Part shown: one piece after another, positions 43,287 to 54,250 of the stretch
Layout of the letters: each line of letters opens with the position of its first letter
Position numbering within the stretch: position 1 is the stretch's first letter
From: an uncultured delta proteobacterium
Lineage (GTDB): Bacteria > Myxococcota_A > Polyangia > Haliangiales > Haliangiaceae
Direction: 5' to 3'
Length of the DNA: 64,000 nucleotides
Assembly (NCBI GenBank): GCA_963848295.1
Contig: CAWKDB010000010.1
Span: forward strand, 1,088,001-1,152,000
Made by a program: the position numbers and the translations under genes
Notes under the pieces: generated by a model
Database searches by the model: none
Told to the model about the DNA's origin: nothing
What the model saw: only the letters and a program-made list of their open reading frames with translations

Positions 43287-43984
43287 GAGCGGCTCCACGA
43301 CACGACGGCGCCGCTGTCGTGTGATCGCACAGTGACCGGCGTGACGTGGATCTCGTCCGTGCGATCGCCCAGGTAGTACAGCGCGGCGCCGCCGGCGAGC
43401 GCGAGCGCACCGAGCGCATCGAACGTCCAGCCGAGCGCTGCGTCGCGATGCCCGGCCGCGTCCCGGTCCGTCTCGAGCGCCCAGTTGCACGAGACGGCGC
43501 ATGCGGTTGTCACGTCGTTACCGAGCGTCGACGCGTGATGGCCGAGGCCGAGGCCGATCGCGAGCACCGCGACGCCGGCGCCCGCGGTTGCGATACCCGC
43601 GAGCTTCATCGTGCGGCCCGGCGCCGCGACAGGTCGATCGAGGACGGGCGGCTGGATCGTCGCGCCACACGTCGGCTCGAGCTCGCGGACGAAGTCGTCG
43701 GCGAGGGCACGCTGCTCGGCGGTCGGCTCCAGCGCGAGAAAACGCTTGTAGGTGAACAGCGCCGGTTTGCACTCACCTTTGAGCCGATACGCTTGAGCGA
43801 TGTTGAACAGCAGCCCGCTCGCGCCGGACAACTTGTACGAGGCCTGCCAGTCGGTAATCGCGGTGGCGTAGTCGGCTCTGTCATACGCGGCTTGACCGTC
43901 GGCATAGAGCTCCTCGGGCGTCGGCGCAGCCATCGCGCTGGCATCGAGCGCGGCGACGATCGCTGTGGCGAGCACGCGCTTCAT
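43280..43984 (-). CDS. Exported TPR protein
   Basis: Signal peptide, GQAAYDRADYATAI, LLFNIAQAYR, C-terminal WSRSW. Confidence 0.8.
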   Translation of the reverse strand: MKRVLATAIVAALDASAMAAPTPEELYADGQAAYDRADYATAITDWQASYKLSGASGLLFNIAQAYRLKGECKPALFTYKRFLALEPTAEQRALADDFVRELEPTCGATIQPPVLDRPVAAPGRTMKLAGIATAGAGVAVLAIGLGLGHHASTLGNDVTTACAVSCNWALETDRDAAGHRDAALGWTFDALGALALAGGAALYYLGDRTDEIHVTPVTVRSHDSGAVVSWSRSW

Positions 43985-45603
43985 TTCGAGCTCGGTTTCG
44001 GCGGGAACGGGTTGATCGTCTGGTTGCGGTCGAGCGGTTTCTCCGGCGAAACCGGTGGAGTCGTGTCGCTCGGTGGCGGGACATGCTGTGGCTCCGGCTC
44101 GAGCGCGGGTTTCGCCGGCGTCGTCACCGGCGGCGCGTCGTTCGTCTCGATCGGGGGTCGGCTCGCGGGTGGCTTGGCTCTCACCCGCTGCGGCGCGCTG
44201 GGCTTGGCGATCGGGCTTGCTACGCCGACGTTCGGTACGACCGCAGCGTCGGCTAGATCCGCCGGCGCGATCGGCGACACCCTGGCTCCGGCATCGATCG
44301 CGATCGACACCGGCGTGCTGGCGTCACTCGCGTTCGTCTCGTTCGAGCTCTTGCTGGTCGCGATCGCGATCACGACTATCGCCCCGACCGCTGCGACGGC
44401 CACCGCGAAGCGCGCCGTTGACCGACGACGCGGCGGAGGCATCACGCGCACCGCGTTCGGTGCAAGGTCCGCCTGCGACGCGAAGTCACGGATCGAGCTC
44501 GCCGGATTTGCAGTCGTGAAGGCCGAGCGCCGTAGCGCATCGATCGTCTCTTGGACATGTCCGAGCGTCGGGCGCTTCGCCGGATCCTTCGCGAGCATCG
44601 CAGACAGCAGCGCGTCGAGCGCCGTCGGAATCGCTCTCCACAGCGTACGTGGCTGCGGCGCCATGCACTCGAGATGAGCACCGACCAGCTCGGCGACCGT
44701 CTTGCGCTCGAACGGTACTCGCCCGAGGATCATCTCGAACGCCACGCCGCCGAGCGCGTAGATATCCGCCCGGTGATCCACGGAGCCCGCGGCTTTGATC
44801 TGCTCGGGTGCCATATAGACCGGGGTACCGATCAGTGCGCCGGTCTGGGTTGTCGCGATGCCGTCGTCGTTGTGCACGACCTTCACGATGCCGAAATCGA
44901 GGAGCTTGACGACGGCTGGCGCGCTGCGTTTGCGCTCGATGAAGATGTTTTCCGGCTTGAGATCGCGATGAACGATCCCGGCCTCGTGCGCCGCTTCTAG
45001 CCCCCTCACGATCTGGTCGATCAACTCGAGAGCTTCATCGAGAGGTACCCGACCGCGATCGAGGCGCGCGCGCAACGGCTCGCCGGTCAAGTACTCCATC
45101 ACGAAGTACGGGCGGCCGTCGGCGAGCTCTCCGAAACCGAACACGTCGACGATGTGAGGGCTCGCTAGCTGCGCGAGTGATCGCGCCTCGCGACGAAAGC
45201 GTGCGATCGAATCAGCATCGCGTGCCATCCCGTCGCTGATGACCTTGATGGCGGCACGCTTGCCGAGGATCGGGTGAACTGCGGCGTAGACGACGCCCAT
45301 CCCACCCTGCCCCAGCTTGCGCTCGATCTCGTACTCGCCGACGACCGAGCCCGGCGGCAGATCGACCGGATCGCGGCGCGAGGCCTCGAGTGCGTCGCGC
45401 GGTCGAGGCGCGGGGTGGACGACCTCCTCGAACAGTTGCGTCCGCCCGTCGGAGCTCGACCCGCTGTCGAGCGGATCTATCGCGCTCACGCGTAGCTCCT
45501 CGACACGCACGCTCGAGCCTTGGCTCGAGTCGGTCGACATCGCGGCGGACGGGTTGGCAAGCTCGGTCCCACCATCCCCCAAGGCCCCGCGCCGGTCCGA
45601 CAT
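43981..45603 (-). CDS. Membrane Ser/Thr protein kinase
   Basis: LGQGGMGVVY, AAIK, HRDLKPEN, DFG, GTPVYMAPE, DIYALG; TM and Pro-rich tail. Confidence 0.93.
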   Translation of the reverse strand: MSDRRGALGDGGTELANPSAAMSTDSSQGSSVRVEELRVSAIDPLDSGSSSDGRTQLFEEVVHPAPRPRDALEASRRDPVDLPPGSVVGEYEIERKLGQGGMGVVYAAVHPILGKRAAIKVISDGMARDADSIARFRREARSLAQLASPHIVDVFGFGELADGRPYFVMEYLTGEPLRARLDRGRVPLDEALELIDQIVRGLEAAHEAGIVHRDLKPENIFIERKRSAPAVVKLLDFGIVKVVHNDDGIATTQTGALIGTPVYMAPEQIKAAGSVDHRADIYALGGVAFEMILGRVPFERKTVAELVGAHLECMAPQPRTLWRAIPTALDALLSAMLAKDPAKRPTLGHVQETIDALRRSAFTTANPASSIRDFASQADLAPNAVRVMPPPRRRSTARFAVAVAAVGAIVVIAIATSKSSNETNASDASTPVSIAIDAGARVSPIAPADLADAAVVPNVGVASPIAKPSAPQRVRAKPPASRPPIETNDAPPVTTPAKPALEPEPQHVPPPSDTTPPVSPEKPLDRNQTINPFPPKPSSK

Positions 45604-45816
45604 ACCCACTGCTTCGATGGTACCCGGGCGCTGACTATCCGAGCAAGGCGATTGCCGGTGGCACATGGCTGTACCGACGGATCACTTGCAACGTTGCAGA
45701 CACGTGGCGGGAACCGACTTCTACGAGCACCTCGGGCGACGGATCGCGGTTTTCGCAAGACGCTCGGATCGAGCCAAGAGAAGCTGGGCGAACGAGCTCG
45801 GGTGGGCTCGAATGGG

Positions 45817-46251
45817 CTATCGCCGGCCGGAGCTCGCCGCACAGGCGTCGCACATCCCTCGGACCTGGACCTCGAACTCGCCGAGCTTGATCGAGCGCGG
45901 TGCCTTCACCCGGCTCGTCGTGACCTTCATATCGTTCAGGCACGACACGGTGCCGCAGCTCGCGCAGATGAAGTGCGGATGCGCTCGGGCGTGCGGTGCG
46001 CTCCGAGCCGGCTCGAACCGCCACGTGCGATCGCCGACGGCGACCCGGCGCACGAGGCCGGCGCGCGCGAGGTCCATCAGGTTGCGATAGACCGTCGCGC
46101 GATCCTGGGCGTCGCCGCCGAGGCGCTCGGAGATCTCGGCATGCGATATCGGGCGCTCGCTCGCATTCACGATGCCGAGCACGGCGATGCGCTGCAGCGT
46201 CGCGCGCAGCCCGGTGCCGCGAATCGCGGCCCGCAATTGGTCGTGGGTCAC
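45817..46251 (-). CDS. Fur-family transcriptional regulator
   Basis: GLRATLQRIAVL, ATVYRNL, HPHFICASCG, CDAC. Confidence 0.9.
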   Translation of the reverse strand: MTHDQLRAAIRGTGLRATLQRIAVLGIVNASERPISHAEISERLGGDAQDRATVYRNLMDLARAGLVRRVAVGDRTWRFEPARSAPHARAHPHFICASCGTVSCLNDMKVTTSRVKAPRSIKLGEFEVQVRGMCDACAASSGRR

Positions 46252-46264
46252 GTGGCGAACGCGG

Positions 46265-47565
46265 CTACTGCGCCGGCGCGATCATCGGGTGATAGAACGG
46301 ATCGGATGCGTTCTGGCCCACGATGTAGCAGAGGCCGTTCGCGTTGAGGTGCGTCTGCGACTGCGCCGAGAACGCCATGAATGCCGACAGCCCGGAGATG
46401 TTCGCCGACGGCACGCCGTTGAGGTCGAGCGTGACCTGGCTCGGGTTCGTCTGATCGGTGGTGAACGTGCCGGTCGGGTTGTTCAGGTACGGCGCGCGAT
46501 CGGGTAGTGGACTGCCATCGCGAACGTAGTCGCGAGCGGCTTGTCGGCGAGCGAGCCGAGATCGAGCGGCGTCGTGTTCGTATCGGCACCGGCCCACGCG
46601 GCGATGTAGTCCATGCGCAGCGGCGTGCCCTCTTGCTTGAGCTTGTCCCAGAACACGTGGTCGGTGTGCACCGTGACCTGCGCGATCGTCGCGCCGTTGG
46701 TGTTCGGCTGGACGCCGCGGTTCGCGAGGTTCTCCTCGTCCATGTCGCCGTTGAACGGGTTGATGCAGTTGATGCTCGACGTCGCATCGTTCCAGCCGAA
46801 CGCGAAGTGAACTTGTGGAGCGGTCGTGTACGCATCCATGACGGGATCGTAGACACCGCCGGCGAGGGCCTCGAACTTCGCCTCGGTCGGTGCATCCGGG
46901 TACTTGCCGGTCCCGACGAAGTTCGCGCGCGCCTCGATGTACTTGTCCCAGTGGTTCTTGACCATCGTGTCGTAGATCGCGAGCTCGCTCTCGGTCAGGT
47001 TGACCTGGGTCGCCGGATACTGCGCCGGCACGGTGTCGTAGCTGAACGCGTAGAGCGTGCTCGAGTCGAACGCCGTGCCGTCGTCCTGCGTGTCCCACTT
47101 GAAGATGCCGCCCGCGGGCTCCTCGCCATCGGCACCGACGAAGCCGTTGAAGCCATCGGTCGCGAGCTGATGGATGTCGACGACGTACGGGCCGGGCTTC
47201 ATCGCGACGATGCCGTTGAGCTGCTGCTGGTTCGAGTACTGGACTGCGCCCGGGCTGAGCCGAACGTTGCCGATCACGACGATGTACTTCTCGAACGTCA
47301 CGCTCCAGCCGTCGACGAACTGCGGATCGCCGACGTTGACGGGCTGAAACGGCAAGCCGTTCTCGCCGAGCGTCTCGCCCGAGATCGTGACCTCGATCGA
47401 CAGCGGCGTGTTCGGGGCTCGTCGCGTGTGAAGCCGGGGTCGAACGAGCCAAGTGCGTTGAGGCCGGCATCGGCGGTCGATGGCGCGTCCTTGGGTGCGT
47501 CGGTTGTAGCGCTACCACCGCCGCCACAGGCGGCGAGCAGCGCGAATGGCAGTTACGGATGACAT
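46265..47565 (-). CDS. Acidic lipoprotein associated with the TonB-dependent receptor (frameshifted)
   Basis: LLAACGGG near the 5' end, ISGETLGENG, FVDGWSVTFEK, TVHTDHVFWD, C-terminal HLNANGLC; pieces in several frames. Confidence 0.65.
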
Positions 47566-47586
47566 GCGGTGAATCACGGGAGCTCC

Positions 47587-48331
47587 TTAGTTGGTTGAAA
47601 CGAGGTCGAAGAGGTAGACGCCGGTCTCGCCCTTGACGCCTTCGAGCAGCTGCGCCGCGAACGTCGTGTCGACGGTCCACGTGTAGCCGCCGAACGGCGG
47701 AGGGCCGTTGGCGATCTGGGAGAAGTCGGATTGATCGAACCAGTGCGTCGGATCGACGTGCAGCTCGAGCTGCTGCGGCGCGGCGGTGAACGCGAGGTCG
47801 ACGGACGCGCCGCGGATCCGCTGCAGATCGGCGAGCGGCTCGGTCGTGGTGACCAGCGTCTGATCGATCACGATCTGGCCCTGGAACGGCACGGTCAGCG
47901 AGGCATTGGTCGCCGTGCCCGCGACGAACGCGAAGCCGCCGCCGATCGTCTCGGCCTCGTCGGGCTGCGCGAGCTGATTGGTCTGGTCGGGCGGCAGCAG
48001 GCCGATCTCGACCGACACCGTGGTGCCGGTCTCGCCGTTCGCGCCGCCGGTCACGTCGTACAGCGTCGGATCGAGCGCGTCGATGATCGTCTGCTCGGTC
48101 GCCTGGATGATCACGACGCCGGAGCGGAACTCGCCGGTCGACGGCGGATCGACGTTGAAGTAGAACGGCCCGGCGGCGATCAGCGCTTGCTGCAGCGTCA
48201 CCGTCCAACCGGTCGGTGTCGTGAAGGCGCCGAGCGCCGTGCCGCCGGCTTGAAACGGCAACGACACGAGGTCACCGCCGGTCGTGTTCGTGCACGCCGT
48301 CGCGAGCACGAGGAGGAGCGCGGCGCCTCAT
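47587..48331 (-). CDS. Lipoprotein in the TonB-dependent receptor operon
   Basis: LATAC lipobox, GWTVTLQQA...GPFYF, VDPTHWF; probable ATG at 48331 with one indel. Confidence 0.7.
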
Positions 48332-50899
48332 CGCGTGCCCTCGCGATCCAGTAGAAACGCGAGCGTGAACATCACCGTGCGCGGCGGTGCGGCGGTGAAG
48401 TTCAGCGCGGGCGCGAGCGTCGGGTACGCCGGCCCGTTGTGAAAATCCGACGCGTAGAAGTACTCGGTCAGCGGGTAGCGCGCGTTCGCGAGGTTCGCGA
48501 TCTGCACGCCGAGCCGGATCCATCGCCAGCGCACGCTCGCCGACGCGTCGACCGTGAACGTCGATTGTGACTCCTGGCCGAGCGGCAGTGCGCGCGGCCC
48601 GACGAAGTTCAAGCCCGAAGCCGGCGCTGCCGATCAGCGGATGACCGTGGAGTTCGAGCGCGTCGGGGAGGGCGTGGACGACCGAGGAGTCGGACCGCGC
48701 GACCGTGCTCGGCACGTACGGCACGAGCGTGTGGTCCTGATCGTAGGTCGCATACGCGTAGGTGAACGAGGCCAGCTCGTTGAACCAGTGCCCGGCGGCG
48801 TGCGCCGCCAGCACCAACCCGCGCCGCGTCGTGCCGGTCGAGGCCGACAGTCGCCCTTGGAGCGGATCGAAGATCAGGTCGCGATCGACGTGGGTGTAGT
48901 AGCCGACCGCGCGCGCGGTGATGTCGAGGTCCTTCCAGCGATCCTCGTCGCGGTCTTGCGCCCACTTGCCGTGGTAGACCGCGCCGCCTTCGTAGGCGTG
49001 CAGCGTCGAGAACGGCGCATTCTCGTCCTGGCTGATGTACTGCGCGTCGAGCGACTGCGCACCGACGCCGGCGCTCGCGGTGAGCGACACGCCGCCCGGG
49101 AGCTGCGCGATCGCGGTCGCCTTGGGCTCGGTGATGACGCCGGTCGCGGTGATCCGCGACGTCGGCTGCCGCGGCCCGGCGGAGTCGTACGCCGGGCACA
49201 ACACGTTGAGCGGCTGGTTGCGCTGGTAACCGCCGTCGGTCGCGCAGTTGTTGAGGATGTCGTAGCTGAAGAACTCTTCGCGCGCGCCGCCGCGCAGCGT
49301 GAGCCAGCTCAGCGGATGGAGATCGAGATCGGCGAACGCGGCGAGGTTGAGGACATCGGTCGTCAGCGTCGTATCGATCAGGTACGGGATGTCGCTCCCG
49401 AACCGCAGCCGCTGGATCGAGGGATCGGTGTGGTCGTAGCGCGCGTAGTAGCCGAGCTCGACCGATTGCGACTGACCGAGCGCGTGCCCGGTGCGCCGAT
49501 ACGAGCCGCGTGCGCCGGCGGTGACCGCGTCGTAGTCCTGCTCGATCGCGTCGCCGCGCTGCGGGTGAAACGACTGACCCGGCTCGGGGTTGTCGAGCAG
49601 GAACCCGGTGAAGTCCTCGACGATCCGCAGCGTGCGGTAAGTGAGAAATACCTGCTGCTTCGCGACCCCGTCCTCGAGCGGATTCTCGAGGCTGAACGAC
49701 AGCGTGTAGCGCTGGGCGTCTCCGCCCTGGCTCGGATCCTCGGTGCCGTAGTAGTCGATCTTGCCGTCGGCGATATCCGCGGCGCGCACGACACCCGCGG
49801 CCTTGTAGTGCGTGCCGTACGCGGTCGCGAGCAGGCGCCAGATCCCGTGCTCGCCGAGCGTGCCCTCGTATTGGCCCATCGCGGTCGCGGCGCTGTCCGC
49901 GCGATTGACGCCGTAGCCGGCGCTGTTGAAGATCTGCACCGCGCCGAACGTGGCGTCACGCTCGGCACGCGGTGCCCACAGCGCGAGCGTGCGCGTCGTG
50001 CCGAACTGGCCGGCGCTCTGTTCGAATTCCAGGCCGCGTTCCGCGACGCCGAGCTCGTAGTTCGCACTGCCCGCGACCGAGAAGTCGCCTTGATGCGGAT
50101 CGAACGGCCCCTCGATCACGCGCAGCGACTTGACGACCTCCGGGATGATGAAGTGCGTGTCGGCGTAGCCGTGACCGTCGGTGTTGTCGACCTCGTTGAT
50201 CGGGACACCTTCGACGGTGAACTCGATGTCCTGGCCCTGCTCGGCGTCGAACCCGCGCAAGAACACCTGATCGGCGTGACCCGCGCCGCCCTCGTTGGCG
50301 AGGAACAAGCCCGGCGCCTGCTCGAGCATCTTGCCGGCGCTCGCCTGCGCGGTCTTCGACAGCTGCGACGGCGTGATCTCGATCGTGCTCGCGCCGCGGT
50401 CGAGCTGCTTGGTCGCTTTGCGGGTCGTGCCGGTCATCGTGATCACCTCTCCGATCGCCGCGGCCGGATCGAAGTGGACGGCGACCGTGATATGGCTCGC
50501 GACGGGCTTGCCATCCTTGTGAGCGGGCCCGAAGGTCCACCCGAGCACCGAAGCGGTCGCGAGGTCGTCGAACTGCGGTTGCGGCGCCGAGATCACGCGC
50601 GGATTACTCGGCATCCCCGCGCTGTCGACCTCGACGTGGACCAGCACGTCGGTGACGCGCTGCTGCTTCTTCGGGAGGTCGGGATAGATCGGCGGTTGCT
50701 GGACGAGGATCCGGGGCGGTTCCTCGGTGGACGGCTGCGGCGGCTGTCGCACGGCCGGGGCCGGCGCGGCATCGCTCGGGGCCGGCGCGGCATCGCTCGG
50801 GGCCGGCGCGGCATCGTTCGCGGCCGCGGGTGCATCGGTCACGCCGGCATCGACCGGTTGTGACCGCGCAACGCGCGGGAAGGCGATAAACAAGAGCAT
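48328..50899 (-). CDS. TonB-dependent receptor with N-terminal TonB C-terminal-like domain (one frameshift near 48610)
   Basis: PPIYP...VEVDSAG...WTFGPA domain, plug GGAGHADQVFLRGFDAEQG, GHGYAD, GDFSVAG, C-terminal barrel NLAN...PPRTV. Confidence 0.88.
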
Positions 50900-51078
50900 G
50901 GCAAAGGCGGTTTTTGCGTATGGACGGATCACGGCGACTCTTCCAGCCGGCGCTCGCCGCATAGCTACGGCGAGCAACAGGCGTACGACTCGGCCGATCG
51001 CGCGCGCGACCAGCCGACATGCGCGGCGCAGCCTCTAAGCGCACTCCGCGCGATGCGCGGGCGCGATCGAAACCACGC

Positions 51079-51477
51079 TCAGGCGCGAATGGGCGGCGAG
51101 GTCTTCGGCGCGAACCGGTAGCGGCTCGCGACGATGGTCGTGACGTGCGCGGGCGCGCAGTCGGTCCGGGTCTCGAGCCTCGGTGACAGCGCCACGACGC
51201 GCGAGGCTTCGTGGTGAACGGCTTGGTGAAGCGCCTTGGAGATCTCGCACGGACCGTCGTCCGGCTGCCCGTCCGGCGACGGGTGGACGTCCGACTGCGC
51301 GCCGTGGTGGTGACCGACGAGCGAGATCGCGTGATGGAGCTCGCCGGTGTGCGGATCGAGGACGTGCGCGACCTGCGCCTCGTGGCGCATGCCGAGCACC
51401 CCCGCGGCGACGAACGACAAGCATGCGACCGCGGCAAGGACCCGGCGCGCGAGGGACGCGCTCCGGAACTCCTGCAT
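51079..51477 (-). CDS. His-rich DUF2946/CruR-like upstream ORF
   Basis: N-terminal TM, HEAQVAH...HHAI...HHH, single Cys in GPCEI, C-terminal APKTSPP; immediately upstream of the receptor gene. Confidence 0.65.
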   Translation of the reverse strand: MQEFRSASLARRVLAAVACLSFVAAGVLGMRHEAQVAHVLDPHTGELHHAISLVGHHHGAQSDVHPSPDGQPDDGPCEISKALHQAVHHEASRVVALSPRLETRTDCAPAHVTTIVASRYRFAPKTSPPIRA

Positions 51478-51487
51478 ACGAGTTGCA
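51473..51487 (-). promoter_or_regulatory. Candidate Fur-family operator, copy 1
   Basis: TGCAACTCGTATGCA (minus strand), overlapping the leader ORF ATG. Confidence 0.6.
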
Positions 51488-51631
51488 AGTGTCACGGCTC
51501 AACACATGGCATGTTCAAAGCGATCGAGTCAAGCGCAGCTCGTGAATCGCGTGACAGGCGTGATCGATTCCGCAACTATCACGACGATGCAGGAGCATCG
51601 AAGTCGCAACAACGTCCACGGTTTGACCGCT

Positions 51632-52060
51632 CTATCGGCAGACGTCGCATAGCCCGCGCAGGTGCACTTCCACCTCGCGTTGACGGACGGCGCGCGGCGT
51701 GTTCGCTGGTGACAAGGCGACGGTGGTATCCGAGAGGCACTCGACGGTGCCGCACTCTGTACAGACAAAGTGCGGATGCGACTTCGCCTCGTGCGCGCTG
51801 TCGATCACCTCGAAACGCCACACGTGATCACCGACATCGGTGCGCCGCAGGAGACCAGCTTCGGCGAGGTCGACCAAGTTGCGGTAGATCGTGGCCCGGT
51901 CCCAAGCCGCGTGCTCGAGTCGATCGGCGACCTCGCCATGAGACATCGGCTCTCCGACGACCCGCAGTAGATCGAGTACGGCGATACGCGAAGGCGTCGC
52001 GCGCATACCCTTGCTTCGAAGTTCGTCACGCAACTCGACTCGTTTCGAGCTACGCGCCAT
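51632..52060 (-). CDS. Fur-family transcriptional regulator (second paralog)
   Basis: GMRATPSRIAVL, ATIYRNL, HPHFVCTECG, CDVC. Confidence 0.9.
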   Translation of the reverse strand: MARSSKRVELRDELRSKGMRATPSRIAVLDLLRVVGEPMSHGEVADRLEHAAWDRATIYRNLVDLAEAGLLRRTDVGDHVWRFEVIDSAHEAKSHPHFVCTECGTVECLSDTTVALSPANTPRAVRQREVEVHLRGLCDVCR

Positions 52061-52252
52061 GAGTCCACTCTACGCCGTCGAGAGCGGTGACGCAACCGAG
52101 CTTCAGATGCGACCGTACCGCAGGTAGCCGTTATCGCCGTCGGGCAACGCTACGCTCCTCGAGCCGAGGGGTCGTGCTGGGCGTGGCCACAGCGCCTTCG
52201 CGCATGCCGATTCGGAGTGAGACGTTCCCGCTATACGCATAACGTATCTTTC

Positions 52253-52267
52253 TGCATAATCGTTGCA
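52253..52267 (-). promoter_or_regulatory. Candidate Fur-family operator, copy 2
   Basis: TGCAACGATTATGCA (minus strand), 17 nt upstream of the ZIP-like gene in an AT-rich patch. Confidence 0.6.
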
Positions 52268-52284
52268 TCTATGGCGGGCGCATC

Positions 52285-53754
52285 ATGTTCGGCGTAGCGC
52301 TGTTGCTCTCGATCGGTGGGTTGATGATCGGCCCGGCGATTACCTCGTGGGCGCACGGTCGATCGGCCTGGCTGCGCGTGATCGATGCGGGGATGCTCGG
52401 CATCGTCTTGCCGCTCCTATTGCTTCGCCTGGTGCCGCATATCGTCGACGAGATCGGCGGGATCGCGGTGGCCGCCGTCGCCGTCGGCTACGCCGCGTTC
52501 ACCGCGCTCGAGTCACGTACCCACGGGCGCGCGACGCAGCTCGGCGCAGCGATCTTGTTGCCGACGCTCGGGATCCACTCGTTCTTGGACGGCACCGCGC
52601 TCGCGATCGCGTTCCAGCACGGCGGGACCGACGCTGCGGGAGCGACGCTTGGAGCGGCGCTCGTGCTCCATCGCATCCCCGAGGGTTTGGTCATCGCGAC
52701 CGCGCTCGTGCCGACGCTCGGGGTCCGCGGCACCATGTATCGGGTCGCGGCGCTCGGTGCGATGACGATCACCGGCGCCCTGATCGGGCGCGAGCTCCTG
52801 GCGCACACGCCCGACCGCGCCTTGCACGTGGTCGTCGCGGTCGGTCTTGGTGTGATGCTCCGGATGGTCCTGCACAGCCATCATCGCGAGCACGTCGACG
52901 CCGGACCGCGGCGCGAATGGCTCGATGGCGTCGCCTTTGTCGGTGCCGCCTCGCTGTCGTTCGCAGTGCCAGCCCCGTGGCAGTTGTTCGAGCAAAGCCA
53001 GCCACACGAGATGTCGGCGGCGCACGCGATCGTTCCGCTGTTTCTGGAGACGGCGCCTTGGGTGCTCGCAGCGCTGATCCTCGGGCAGGTCGCCGACCGG
53101 CTCATAGCCTGGCACCACGCCGATCGCTCGTGGCCGGCGGGTTGGCTGGTCGCGATCATCCTCGCGCTTTTCTGGCTCGGGCCGTGGTTCGCATTGGCGA
53201 TAGCGGTCCTCGGGCCAGGTGTCGTGTGGTGGAGCTCGCGGCGAGAGCCGACGCTGGGCTCGTTCATTCCAAGGGCGACCGCGGTGATCCCGTCCTACGC
53301 AGCAGGGATCGCGATCGCGGTGACACTCGAAGCAGCGGTCCCGGCGAACGCGCTGGACTTGATGTCGACGTTGGGATGGATCGCGCTGCCGATCACCCTC
53401 GCGGCCGCGTGTCTGGTACCGATGAACGCGGCTGGACTGCTCCCGATCACGGCCATCCTCGTCCACAAGGGCTTCGAGCCGGGCTTCGGGCTGGCGTACG
53501 TGCTCGCATCGGTGGTCGTCGCGTCGCGCGACCGGCAATTCCCGATCTCTTGGCGCGTGCCGGCGGCGATCGTCGTCGCGGGAGCCGGTTCGATGGTGAT
53601 CGGCCCGGTACTCGAACCGCTTCCGCGCCTGCACGAGCTCGGTCATCACCATCACGCGGCCTTCGAGTACGTGACCGCGATCGCGGTTGCGGCGTGGATT
53701 CTGTTCGAGGTCGTGCGTCGCGGTCCGCGGCCGTTTCTCGAGCAGATTCGATAG
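52285..53754 (+). CDS. ZIP-like metal transporter fused to a second permease-like membrane domain
   Basis: GIHSFLDG and LHRIPEG ZIP-type metal motifs, His patches HSHH and GHHHH, many TM helices. Confidence 0.7.
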   Translation: MFGVALLLSIGGLMIGPAITSWAHGRSAWLRVIDAGMLGIVLPLLLLRLVPHIVDEIGGIAVAAVAVGYAAFTALESRTHGRATQLGAAILLPTLGIHSFLDGTALAIAFQHGGTDAAGATLGAALVLHRIPEGLVIATALVPTLGVRGTMYRVAALGAMTITGALIGRELLAHTPDRALHVVVAVGLGVMLRMVLHSHHREHVDAGPRREWLDGVAFVGAASLSFAVPAPWQLFEQSQPHEMSAAHAIVPLFLETAPWVLAALILGQVADRLIAWHHADRSWPAGWLVAIILALFWLGPWFALAIAVLGPGVVWWSSRREPTLGSFIPRATAVIPSYAAGIAIAVTLEAAVPANALDLMSTLGWIALPITLAAACLVPMNAAGLLPITAILVHKGFEPGFGLAYVLASVVVASRDRQFPISWRVPAAIVVAGAGSMVIGPVLEPLPRLHELGHHHHAAFEYVTAIAVAAWILFEVVRRGPRPFLEQIR

Positions 53755-53846
53755 CCTGATGCTCCGCGAATCGAGCTTGACTCGACGATCGATCCGGTCT
53801 ATCAGTTCATCATTCGTTGAAATGACATCTCGAAAGGACTCCGGCG

Positions 53847-54198
53847 ATGAGCCACCCACCAAGTTCACACCCAACACGATCATGTTCATGGCGCCAACTG
53901 CGGCCACCGCGCTGTCCGGCACGGCGGACCATGTCGATTACCTCCACGACGGCCACCTCCACATGGTTCATGGCGATCACATCGATGAGTGCACCGGTCG
54001 CGGTCGACGCATCGAACCCGGCCGGCTGCACGCCGGGTCACGCGTGCAAGGGCCACGTGGCCGGTCACGCGCACGGTGCGACCTGTGGCCACGAGGCGGT
54101 ACCGCACGGCGACCACGTCGACTATCTGGTCGATGGCCACCTTCACCACGCGCACGCCGGGCACTGCGATGACCACGGCGCGCTCGCAGAGCGCGTGA
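53847..54198 (+). CDS. Small His/Cys-rich metal-binding protein with duplicated motif (frameshifted)
   Basis: HVHGANCGH...DHVDYLHDGHLH and HAHGATCGHEAVPHGDHVDYLVDGHLHH across frames. Confidence 0.75.
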
Positions 54199-54250
54199 TC
54201 CGGCAGCTCGGACACTTCATCATTTGTGCGGTCGATGGAATAATCGACCG

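Noticed and set aside
45687..45698. Fourth operator copy TGCAACGTTGCA
   Set aside because: Spacer is 4 nt, not 7; does not fit the three-site consensus
50752..50815. 21-bp tandem repeat in the receptor gene
   Set aside because: Encodes an ordinary low-complexity linker (DAAPAPS)
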